Below the pieces are notes generated by a model, which was given only the letters and a program-made list of their open reading frames with translations, made no database searches and was not told the origin of the DNA. From Thermoanaerobacterium sp. RBIITD (GTDB lineage: Bacteria > Bacillota > Thermoanaerobacteria > Thermoanaerobacterales > Thermoanaerobacteraceae), in assembly GCF_900205865.1 (NCBI RefSeq), contig NZ_LT906662.1, forward strand, positions 1,623,411-1,687,410: DNA of 64,000 bases, read 5' to 3'. The translations under genes and the position numbers were made by a program. Below are positions 20,071-29,074 of the stretch, piece by piece (positions within the stretch are counted from its first letter, which is position 1; every line of letters starts with the position of its first letter).

Positions 20071-20110
20071 TAACATGATGCATCAAAAATATTTGATATG
20101 AGGTGTAATC

Positions 20111-21055
20111 ATGTTAAATTGGATAGCTGATTTTATTGTTTATAAGATGCTTGGTTTAAAAGGACATCTTGGTGATGCACTTCACTTTTTCATATATGAT
20201 TCTATAAAGATATTTTTGCTTTTACTTATAATTATTTTTGCTGTCACATTTATCAGAAGTTATTTTCCACCTGAAAAGGTCAAAAAATACTTAAGTAAAA
20301 AGAATGAATATGTTGGAAATGTCTTAGCAGCGCTTTTAGGCATAGTTACGCCATTTTGTTCATGTTCAGCAGTACCACTATTCATAGGCTTTGTAGAATC
20401 AGGCATACCACTTGGCGTTACATTTTCATTTTTAATTTCATCACCGATGGTAAATGAAGTGGCCCTTGTTATGCTATGGGGATTATTTGGATGGAAGATA
20501 TCGCTTATATACATTTTAACTGGTGTTATAGTTGCTATTATTTCAGGTATTGTGATAGGGAAATTACATCTTGAGCATCTTGTTGAGAGTTTTGTATATG
20601 AGATGAAAATGGGTGAAGAAGCATTAATTGCAGAAATAACTCTTAATGATAGAATAAATCAATCATTAAGCTATACAAAAAGCTTGATAAAGAAAATATG
20701 GCTTTATGTTCTTATTGGTATAGCACTTGGTGGATTCATACATGGATATGTACCGGCAGATTTCATCATAAAATATGCTGGGCGTGGTAATATATTTGCA
20801 GTACCTATAGCAGTATTAATCGGTATACCTATGTATTCAAATGCGGCTGGAACAATCCCGATAATCCAAGCGCTTTTAGGAAAGGGCATACAGATAGGTA
20901 CAGCATTAGCACTAATGATGTCAATAACAGCATTATCACTGCCGGAATTGATTATTCTTAAGAATGTTTTAAAACCTAAGCTAATTGCTATTTTCGTTGG
21001 AATTGTAGGGATATCAATTATTTTTGTAGGTTATTTATTTAATTTTATAATATAG
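20111..21055 (+). CDS. DUF318 / ArsP-like permease
   Basis: Eight or more TM helices and the TPFCSCSAVP motif characteristic of DUF318/ArsP permeases. It lies downstream of ArsR. Confidence 0.65.
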   Translation: MLNWIADFIVYKMLGLKGHLGDALHFFIYDSIKIFLLLLIIIFAVTFIRSYFPPEKVKKYLSKKNEYVGNVLAALLGIVTPFCSCSAVPLFIGFVESGIPLGVTFSFLISSPMVNEVALVMLWGLFGWKISLIYILTGVIVAIISGIVIGKLHLEHLVESFVYEMKMGEEALIAEITLNDRINQSLSYTKSLIKKIWLYVLIGIALGGFIHGYVPADFIIKYAGRGNIFAVPIAVLIGIPMYSNAAGTIPIIQALLGKGIQIGTALALMMSITALSLPELIILKNVLKPKLIAIFVGIVGISIIFVGYLFNFII

Positions 21056-21060
21056 AAAGG

Positions 21061-21303
21061 ATGATTTTAATGGATATCAAAATATTAGGCGGAGGCTGTA
21101 TCAATTGCCGCAACCTTGAGAAAAACACTAGGGAAGCTTTAAAGGAATTAAACATTGAGGCAAACATAGAAGATGTAACAGACTTTAAAGAGATTGCAAA
21201 ATACGGGATAATGAGGACCCCGGGGCTTGTTGTTGATGGTAAAGTTTTATCATACGGCAGAGTACCTGACAAAGATGAAATCAAAAATATGCTTTTAAAA
21301 TGA
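21061..21303 (+). CDS. thioredoxin-fold redox-active disulfide protein 2 family
   Basis: 80 aa with MDIKILGGGCINCRNLE (CxxC near the N-terminus); conserved partner of DUF318 permeases. Confidence 0.7.
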   Translation: MILMDIKILGGGCINCRNLEKNTREALKELNIEANIEDVTDFKEIAKYGIMRTPGLVVDGKVLSYGRVPDKDEIKNMLLK

Positions 21304-21330
21304 GAGATGGAGAAATCCATCTCTCATTTA
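21302..21330 (+). terminator. terminator-like hairpin
   Basis: GAGAGATGGAGAAATCCATCTCTC followed by ATTT. Confidence 0.4.
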
Positions 21331-21803
21331 CGTATAGAGTGCCTCAATATTTATTAAATTGCTTTATATTCGAGGAAATTGTACAATTTTTTTATTTCAT
21401 CACTGAAACTTGATAAAAATCTATAGTTTTTCAGTGTCCTCCAATTAATATAGAATTTTTTTAACTGCCGTAGATATGTTTCCTCGTACAAGAACACAAA
21501 CAAAAAAACAGGGCTTTCCGGCATCTTGACCACCTGTAAGCACTCCTGCCGTAGATGGCAAAACACCGTAAGACCCTGTATTTAAGCCATTTTGCGAGTC
21601 TTTAACCGTTTTTTTACATTTTGCATCAAAACCACGCACTCCACATGTGTTTTGATAGAAAGATAATACAGATACGCAGAAATATTGGCTTTGCGTAAAG
21701 ATGAACCCACTAAAATAGAGGGATGTCGTGGCACTTTATAATTTATAGCTTAACGCAATAATAATCGATTATATTCTGGTTTCAGTTTAAGCCGCCCACA
21801 AAA

Positions 21804-22190
21804 CTAATCCTCCGATCTTTTTAGTTCTTTTTCTTTTTCAACTAACAATTGTTCATATACTTCAATTTTATAATCCAGGCGTTCTAAAGTTTTCTTCATA
21901 TCTTCTATTCTTTTTATTAGATGCTTACGTTGTTCAATTAAGAGTTCTTTTCTAGCCTCAATAGTTTCGTCACCTTGCTCAACCAGCGTAACATATTCAA
22001 TCAATACTTCAATTGAAAGACCTGCATTTCGCATACATTTAATAAATTCAACCCACTTACAGTCTTCTTCCGTATAGTCCCTGTTTCCGCTTTTATTGCG
22101 GTTCACACGAGGAATCAGTCCGATTCGTTCATAATAGCGGAGTGTATCTTGTGATATATCAAATTTTTCACTTACTTCTGCAATCGTCAT
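21804..22190 (-). CDS. MerR-family transcriptional regulator (AdhR/NmlR-like)
   Basis: N-terminal HTH (MTIAEVSEKFDISQDTLRYYERIGLIP), a coiled-coil C-terminus, and Cys residues at about positions 44 and 52. Confidence 0.8.
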   Translation of the reverse strand: MTIAEVSEKFDISQDTLRYYERIGLIPRVNRNKSGNRDYTEEDCKWVEFIKCMRNAGLSIEVLIEYVTLVEQGDETIEARKELLIEQRKHLIKRIEDMKKTLERLDYKIEVYEQLLVEKEKELKRSED

Positions 22191-22215
22191 GCAATTTCAC
22201 CTCCTGATATCCAAT

Positions 22216-22246
22216 ATTATAGCACTTAAAGTTAACTTCGAATCAA
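22216..22246 (-). promoter_or_regulatory. MerR-type promoter with 19-bp spacer and central dyad AAGTTAACTT
   Basis: On the minus strand the sequence reads TTGATT-19 nt-TATAAT, followed by AGGAGGTG and the merR ATG. Confidence 0.5.
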
Positions 22247-22522
22247 GAGTAAACTTATGAAAGTATGAATTATTCCATACTCTTTACTTATTAATTTTTC
22301 TACAGCCAAATTCAACGCCCATAAATCCTTGCTTATTTTCCAGTGAAACTTTATCGATACGTAAAAAGCTGAATGATGAGTTGCCCCGCCAGTCATCCAG
22401 CTTTTTCTCTTATACGTATATCCTTTTATTTTAAATTTTTATATTCTTCATCAGTTACTGGTTCCAACCAAACGGCGCCTCCCTTTTGGATATTAGTACT
22501 TATGGCGATGTGTGTAAACCAG

Positions 22523-22840
22523 CTATCCTGTAGCACCATGCCAATGTTTCACATACGGACGAATCTTTACTACATCCCCTTTATGAAGCACCTGTACCGG
22601 CTTGCCTTCCTCCTGATAATATCCTTTGCCACCGGTAACAAGCAGAATCTGACCACCTGGATGCTTATGCCAATTATTTCTTGCACCTGGTTCAAAAGTT
22701 ACATTACCTATCGAGCAATTAAAAGTGTCGTCATTAGAAACTAGCATCTCAAGCCATGCTGCCCCTATGAAATAGTCATTCGTAATTTTTTCACCTTTCG
22801 GGAAGATTACACTTTCACTTAAATTATTTGATTTATCCAT
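22523..22840 (-). CDS. cupin-domain protein
   Basis: 105 aa with a cupin_2-like pattern (NNWHKHPGGQILLVTGG...GDVVKI). Confidence 0.65.
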   Translation of the reverse strand: MDKSNNLSESVIFPKGEKITNDYFIGAAWLEMLVSNDDTFNCSIGNVTFEPGARNNWHKHPGGQILLVTGGKGYYQEEGKPVQVLHKGDVVKIRPYVKHWHGATG

Positions 22841-22918
22841 ATTTTATCCTCCTTTATATCTTTATATTTATCTATTAAAGTTGTCGCAGCACCACAATTA
22901 CTTATAAAAAAATATTGT

Positions 22919-23155
22919 CTAATTGCCAAATAACTTAACTGCCTGCTTCATTTTATTAATAATATCCACACCAAATGGACAGTTTTTCATACATATCCCA
23001 CATTCTATGCACTCAATTGCATGATGTTCTAATAAGTCATAATGATTCTTTAATGTTTCAGGAACATCTTCTTGAATCAATGCTAAATCTAAATATTTAT
23101 TTACTGATGCAATATCTATCTTTTTCGAACATGGGGCGCAATGTCCGCAATACAT
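22919..23155 (-). CDS. small 4Fe-4S ferredoxin-type domain protein (possible C-terminal remnant of an AKR-FeS oxidoreductase)
   Basis: Two Cys clusters (CGHCAPC and CIECGICMKNCP) resemble the C-terminus of the AKR-FeS protein at 34504..35643. There is no convincing RBS. Confidence 0.4.
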   Translation of the reverse strand: MYCGHCAPCSKKIDIASVNKYLDLALIQEDVPETLKNHYDLLEHHAIECIECGICMKNCPFGVDIINKMKQAVKLFGN

Positions 23156-23310
23156 ACAGTGTCCGCTAAATGAACTTCTTGGAGCATTTGCAAGAACTTC
23201 ACTATAATCTTTTTCTTTATTGCTGGAAGTAGCATAGGCGGTTGCTGCAAGTATTTTCTTCCTAAAATTCGCTATTCTATTTTATACACCTCCTCACCTA
23301 CATTGTGCTT

Positions 23311-23943
23311 TTATCGAATAAAGTTTGTAGATATATTTTCTTCTCTTTTTGGGAACGGGATTCCTGCTTTGATACCAGCCTCTTTACACTTTAAGAACCA
23401 TGCCATATTTCTTCCTAATGTACGCATAATCTGCAATCCCTCTAAATCTTTTTTTACGTCCTCAGGCGTGAAGCCGTGTACCATGTTCCAGTATTTTGAT
23501 GAAATAACCGGCATCTCCATCAATGTGAAATACTTATTAAGCTGGTCAAATGTTGCGGTCGTTCCTGCCCTTCTGGCAGAAACAACGGCGGCTGCCGGTT
23601 TTAAGTAAAAGGATCCCTTTCCAGAACATAAATCGGCAAAGAATGCGCGGTCCATAAAAGATGTAATAGCACCTCCTGCAGCCGCGTAATGTACAGGCGA
23701 ACCAAATACAAAACCGTCAACATCTCCTGCAATTTCAAGAAAATCATTAACTCTGTCATGAAATACACAACGCCCGGTTTTGCGACAGTATCCACAATCA
23801 ATGCATCCGGCTAACGGCTTGGTTCCAATCTGAAATATTTCGGTTTCAATCCCTTCTGCATTCAGTGTTTTAGCCACTTCTTCCAATGCCGTATAGGTAC
23901 ATCCCTTTTCGTGTGGGCTTCCATTCACTAATAATACTTTCAT
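23311..23943 (-). CDS. iron-sulfur flavoprotein / NADPH-dependent FMN reductase family
   Basis: Flavodoxin-like fold (MKVLLVNGSPHEKGCTYT) with the Cys cluster CIDCGYCRKTGRC. Confidence 0.7.
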   Translation of the reverse strand: MKVLLVNGSPHEKGCTYTALEEVAKTLNAEGIETEIFQIGTKPLAGCIDCGYCRKTGRCVFHDRVNDFLEIAGDVDGFVFGSPVHYAAAGGAITSFMDRAFFADLCSGKGSFYLKPAAAVVSARRAGTTATFDQLNKYFTLMEMPVISSKYWNMVHGFTPEDVKKDLEGLQIMRTLGRNMAWFLKCKEAGIKAGIPFPKREENISTNFIR

Positions 23944-23949
23944 TTTTTT

Positions 23950-24620
23950 ACCTCCTTGCTTAGTCCTTCTTCATATCTGTTTTCTTCCGTTGTATGTTTC
24001 TGACCTTCCACTGGAAGGGAAATGTTTTTTCCTTAAATGCTTCATTTATCTGATAAATGGAATTTAGCGTCTTTGAAAATCCGTGCATAGTCCGGGACGT
24101 ACTTTTTCAGCTCATGCTCAAACCCTTTCTTAAGTTTTGAAAGAACCCTTGTCCTCGAGTATGTTACCTTGGAGTAGACAGCACCCAGATGAATCTTCTG
24201 ATTATCTTGTCCCGCCGACATTTCAGCACCTATGCAATGGGCCCGCTGAACTGGAATCATACATGATTGTGTCCATCAGATTTATACCGTGTTACATGCA
24301 AAATGATGATGCCTTTGATTTCCTGCGGTGTGGCTTCGTGCATGTTTCCTGAGCCAATGTCGATGGTGCAACTTTTCCACCGTCATCAGGCAGGTCTCTA
24401 TATTCAGCGTCTAAGTTCATTTTTGCTTTCTCTATAATTATTGATTATTCTTTGATAGGCTATGTTTTTTCCGATTCTGAACAAATTTCAGAACATAGTA
24501 AGTCACACAAATATAAATTCCCATGATGGAAAGGTAATCCGTAAAGAAAAACAAGTCTGATTCATCAAAGTTCCAATATGAAAATGATTCGCCATGCTCT
24601 TGATTGGGATTTGCCTGTCA
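23950..24620. pseudogene. GC-shifted segment with short frame-shifted ORFs (unidentified gene remnant)
   Basis: Only ORFs of 70 to 72 aa are present, in different frames on both strands. The base composition is distinct from the flanking DNA. Confidence 0.3.
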
Positions 24621-24624
24621 ATCT

Positions 24625-25230
24625 TTATTCTGTAATTCCGATTTCACGCAGCCACTCGGATACTTCATCCTGCGCAGTTTCTACATTTGATCCCCTAATT
24701 GCAAGACCATCCAGAATAGTTGACTGTGGGCAAAGTTTTTTGATATCCGTAACGCTTTGACCTAAAGCACTTCCCTCGTGTGTGCAAAATGGTACAATAG
24801 TTTTTCCAGAAAAATCAAATTCTTCCAAAAAAGTAAATACCGCCATCGGCATGGTTCCCCACCAGTTGGGATAACCAATGAAAATCACATTGTAGGAGTC
24901 CATGTTCTTAACCTTTGCTGCAAGTTTCGGTCTATAGTCATTTTTCTGTTCCTGCCTTGCTAGATTGACAACTGCATTATAATTGTTAGGATATGAATCT
25001 ACGGTCTTAATTTCAAAAATATCACCTCCCACGCTTTCGTGAATTTGATTGGCGATTACTCGAGTATTCCCAGAATGTGAAAAATATGCTACAAGAATAT
25101 TTTCTGTTTTTGACATTGGTTGTTCATCCTTTCCATTTGTATTATCCGTATTTGGCGGACTAATTTCTTTTATATCAGCGACATTGTTACTATCATTCTC
25201 TGTTTCTGTCTGTGTGCTTTCATCCGACAC
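24625..25230 (-). CDS. flavodoxin
   Basis: ILVAYFSHSGNTRVIANQI FMN-binding loop. A low-complexity N-terminal extension suggests the real start is probably the internal MSKTEN. Confidence 0.7.
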   Translation of the reverse strand: MSDESTQTETENDSNNVADIKEISPPNTDNTNGKDEQPMSKTENILVAYFSHSGNTRVIANQIHESVGGDIFEIKTVDSYPNNYNAVVNLARQEQKNDYRPKLAAKVKNMDSYNVIFIGYPNWWGTMPMAVFTFLEEFDFSGKTIVPFCTHEGSALGQSVTDIKKLCPQSTILDGLAIRGSNVETAQDEVSEWLREIGITE

Positions 25231-25394
25231 AGCAGACTATTTGGTTCTGCTATATACTATCAGTATCGCTGTTGTTCGTACAACTGTCTCTACAGGCGGT
25301 GAAAAAAGTATTAATGCAAGAATCAATACAATATTCTTTTTATCGAGTTTTACTCCTAACTGTTTATTTAATTGTTTGGTTCTAGAATTGATTT

Positions 25395-26567
25395 TTACTT
25401 GTAGGATGCTTCGTAAATAGCAACACAATCTTCAATGCTGAGTTCGCTTCTGTCACACAGGAACAATCCGCCCATCGTATCCTTTGCATTTTTGGCCATT
25501 GTTTCAAATTCTTCTGGTTTGATACCATAGTCGGACATTTTGAGGTCTGCAACTCTGCATTCTTCCTGCAATTTTACTAACATTGTGATGAAATCCATCG
25601 GCTCTTTCGCATCTTCCATTCCCATAGCTTTTGCCATCTTTATAAATCTATCATTACACACATGCTTGTTAATAAAATGTGTAAAGTAAGCTTTACTCAA
25701 CATAATTAGTCCAGCTCCATGTGGAAGATCCTGATGAAATGCTGACATTGCGTGTTCTAAGGAATGCTGACTTGTAACAGCCCCAACACACATCACCACA
25801 CCGGAAAGAGTATTCCCAAATGCCACCTTTTCACGTGCATCGATGTCGTTTCCATCTTTAACTGCTTTTGCAAGATTTCGTGCAATATTTTCAATCGCTG
25901 TAATTGCGTACATATCACTCATAAGGTTAGCTCCATTTGAAATATAGCCCTCTACACTATGAAATAACGCATCGAAGCCTTGATACGCAGTATATTTTGG
26001 TGGTACAGTAAGCATAAGTTCAGGGTCAACAATTGCCAAAACAGGAAATAGATCGTCAATACCGCCGAATCCTATTTTTTCATGCTTTTCTTCATTGGTC
26101 ACAACGCCCCATGGGTCAACTTCGGAGCCTGTACCTGCTGTAGTAGTAATTGCGATTATAGGGAGCGGTTTATGTTCTATTGGCATTCCTTTTCCACTTC
26201 CACCATGGACATAGTCCCAACAATCACCATCGTTCGTTGCCATAACTGCTATAGCCTTTGCTGCGTCCATACAACTGCCACCGCCTAAAGCAACAATGAA
26301 GTCACAATTGTTTTCTCTTGCAAATGCTCCACCTGCCATAACTGTTGATTTCAATGGATTAGGTTCAACTTTATCAAATACCACAAATTCTACTCCTGCT
26401 AATCTCAACTGTTCTTCTGTTCTTGCAAGGTATCCGTTTGCTTTTGTAGATTTTCCGTTTGAAATAACAATCATAGCCTTTTTGCCAGGCATTTTTTGTG
26501 CATGCAAATTACTTAATTGGCCTGCTCCGAATAAAACTCTTGTAGGTACATACATGTTAAAACTCAT
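25395..26567 (-). CDS. iron-containing alcohol dehydrogenase
   Basis: Fe-ADH motifs GGGSCMDAAKAIA and HSLEHAMSAFH; 390 aa. Confidence 0.85.
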   Translation of the reverse strand: MSFNMYVPTRVLFGAGQLSNLHAQKMPGKKAMIVISNGKSTKANGYLARTEEQLRLAGVEFVVFDKVEPNPLKSTVMAGGAFARENNCDFIVALGGGSCMDAAKAIAVMATNDGDCWDYVHGGSGKGMPIEHKPLPIIAITTTAGTGSEVDPWGVVTNEEKHEKIGFGGIDDLFPVLAIVDPELMLTVPPKYTAYQGFDALFHSVEGYISNGANLMSDMYAITAIENIARNLAKAVKDGNDIDAREKVAFGNTLSGVVMCVGAVTSQHSLEHAMSAFHQDLPHGAGLIMLSKAYFTHFINKHVCNDRFIKMAKAMGMEDAKEPMDFITMLVKLQEECRVADLKMSDYGIKPEEFETMAKNAKDTMGGLFLCDRSELSIEDCVAIYEASYK

Positions 26568-26811
26568 ATTGAATCCTCCTCATTAAATAATTTTTTTAAA
26601 ATTGTATTTTTGTAAACCTTTATTTTGTAGTTTATCGTGACAAGGTTTTTTTATCACTTCTTTCTTGACTACAAGTTGTTTACTTATTTCTGCAATAGTC
26701 ATATTTTACCTCATCGAGATTTATTCTATCACTTTGAGTTAACTCCAAGTCAAGCACTTTTTAGTAGAATTATTATATTGCATCATCAAAGCCTGTATGC
26801 TTTAAAACTAA

Positions 26812-27093
26812 TTATTTTTTAGAATACCTTTCTCTAATATCGTCAAGGAAAACTTTAACGTTAGGTAAGTCTGGTTTAACATATAAATATCTTTCTGCTA
26901 TTTCAAGTCCATCTTTAGTTTTCCAAACAAAGATACTAAAATAATCATTTATGGTTTTTCCACCTGATATTTTAATATCATAACCATTATTCAAATCTAA
27001 ATAAATGCAATTCTCAAAATCAATTGTTTTTACAGTATAAGGTTTTCCTAAATACTCTAATAATCTTTTCTTTCCTTTTGATATCTTTTTCAT
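26812..27093 (-). CDS. hypothetical protein
   Basis: 93-aa ORF with an RBS and no recognisable domain. Confidence 0.35.
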   Translation of the reverse strand: MKKISKGKKRLLEYLGKPYTVKTIDFENCIYLDLNNGYDIKISGGKTINDYFSIFVWKTKDGLEIAERYLYVKPDLPNVKVFLDDIRERYSKK

Positions 27094-27191
27094 TATAAAA
27101 CCTTCTTTCTTTTAATAATTAAAAATAGAGCTTTTAAGCTCTACGGTTTTAAATCCTGTATTTTATTTAAATTACTAAGCAGAAAAATTTA

Positions 27192-28151
27192 TTACCCTAC
27201 AGCTATTCTTTCTTGTCTCCCGTTTTTGAATGCTATATCACCTTCAAGTTCTGTAAGTAAATGATACCTTGCTGTTTTAAATTCTTCTCCTATAAGTCCA
27301 AGCCTTAAAAGCAATGTTCTAAAGGTATATTTTTCGTTTGTGCTTTTGGTTTTTCTTGAACTTGCACTACTTTTGTCAATACTTGGTTGCTTATTGCAAG
27401 ACATAATTGTATGTAGGATTTAATCTTTCCTGCATGGGTTGTAATATTAAAACTTCTAAACTCAACTGTATTTCCATTAAAAAAACTGTGCAGGTTAAGT
27501 CCATAATATCTACTTCTATGGTAGTGTTTATTTCTATCTTCATCAAAGTAGCCTTCATACCAAAGGTCTGCAAACTTTTCTAAAGTATCTGGCTTTCTTT
27601 TATTAAGCTTATCTAAGAAAACTCTGTCTACTTTCTTGCAATATCTGCTTTCCCTTCTGATATCAATCTTTAATGCTTTGTAAATTAAATTCTCCTTGCT
27701 CGCTATAATGTTTACCAAGTTTCTAAGTGTCCTTGGTGTAAAAGGTGATTTATCAACATGAATATGAATACCACAATTAGAGTTTACAAAGGCTCATTCT
27801 TTTCTTAAAGCTCTTATAATCTCCTGTACTATTTCAATATCTTCGTATTTGCATATTGGAGAAACAATCTCTACTCTGTAAGTATTATCAGCTTCAACTA
27901 TTTCTTTGTGGATTAAGACTTGAATCATTAATTATCTTCCAAACCCTGCTTTGGAAATCCTCAACCCTCCAAGCATCATAAGCTTCACCAATATGTTTAA
28001 CATCTGTTCTAAAGTAACTTGCAATGGTCTTTGCTGCTCTTTCTCTTGTAATACCAGTTACCTCTATCTCTATACCTAAACACAAATTTTTCATATCCAA
28101 GAACTTCCTATAGGCTATATATGTGTTTTTTGTTTTATGAGGAAATTGCAC
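27192..28151 (-). pseudogene. frame-shifted amidoligase-like (Amidoligase_2 / GS-like) gene
   Basis: Three consecutive ORF pieces in different frames (27894..28151, about 27719..27893, and 27305..27718 plus 27192..27404). They carry the LGIEIEVTGI and SNCGIHIHVD motifs. Confidence 0.4.
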
Positions 28152-28238
28152 AATTAAACTTTAACTTTTGAAGCTAAAAAAGACAATAGCAAAGCTAAGC
28201 ATATCAATGCCTGTGGATAAGTTATGAACTTTGAAAAT

Positions 28239-28706
28239 TTAATTAAGCTGTTTTTGGTAATGATTTAGTAGCATTAACGACAATATACCTGCAATAAGTA
28301 TAATACAGTTTAATAAAGCAAAGGTTTTAGCTTTTAATATTAATTGTTTAAAGTCTTCCTTAAGAACTTCCGACTCTGATATTAGGTTTAAAAATCTGCT
28401 AAAGGTTGATGTGGATGGTACAGAACCCAATACATTAAAAACACAGTTATATTTAAATACAGGGTCTGATTTTAATCTATCCACAAGCTTTACTATATTT
28501 TGAATTTTCTCAAGTTGCATAGCAATCAAGGCGTAAAGCAAAGGTAATGGGTCATATCCTTTAGGTCCTCTTTTATATTCAGGCCTTGATAGTGAAAGCA
28601 AGACATTTGAGAAATCAAACTGCGACAAAACCATTTCAAGTTTTGTTTCTGATTGAAATTTTATTAATTCGTTAAAGGAAAATAAGCATTCTTGTCGAAT
28701 ATACAT
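28239..28706 (-). pseudogene. truncated IS5/IS1182-like transposase N-terminal fragment
   Basis: KRGPKGYDPLPLLYALIAMQLEKI matches the conserved transposase N-terminal region. No DDE domain follows. Confidence 0.5.
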
Positions 28707-29074
28707 AAGTAGGTTCAGCTCTTTTGCTAGAATTGGGTTATTACTTATAATATATTCGACATTTGGGGTGAACTTCCTTTTTTGTTTCTTAAATAGTCAG
28801 TAATATCAAGCTATTTAAAATAAGAAATTTGCTCATTCTACTACTATGGTATAATATAGTAGAGAGCATCAAATTAGAATTAAGAGTTCAAGAAGCATTA
28901 GGAAATTTATGGTACTTAAGGTGATTTTGGCAAATCATTTGTCTATTTTAAAGATAAGGATAATATAATAATGATGAGTTATATGCTTGATGTCTCTACG
29001 GGAGCAGAAGACTATAGAAAAGTATATAAAAGAAGGCAGGAAAGGATGAAACAATCTTAAAAGAAGTGATTAAA

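Noticed and set aside
24042-24352. Overlapping 72-aa minus-strand and 71-aa plus-strand ORFs
   Set aside because: They have no RBS and overlap each other. They lie in a GC-shifted remnant and are treated as pseudogene debris, not genes.
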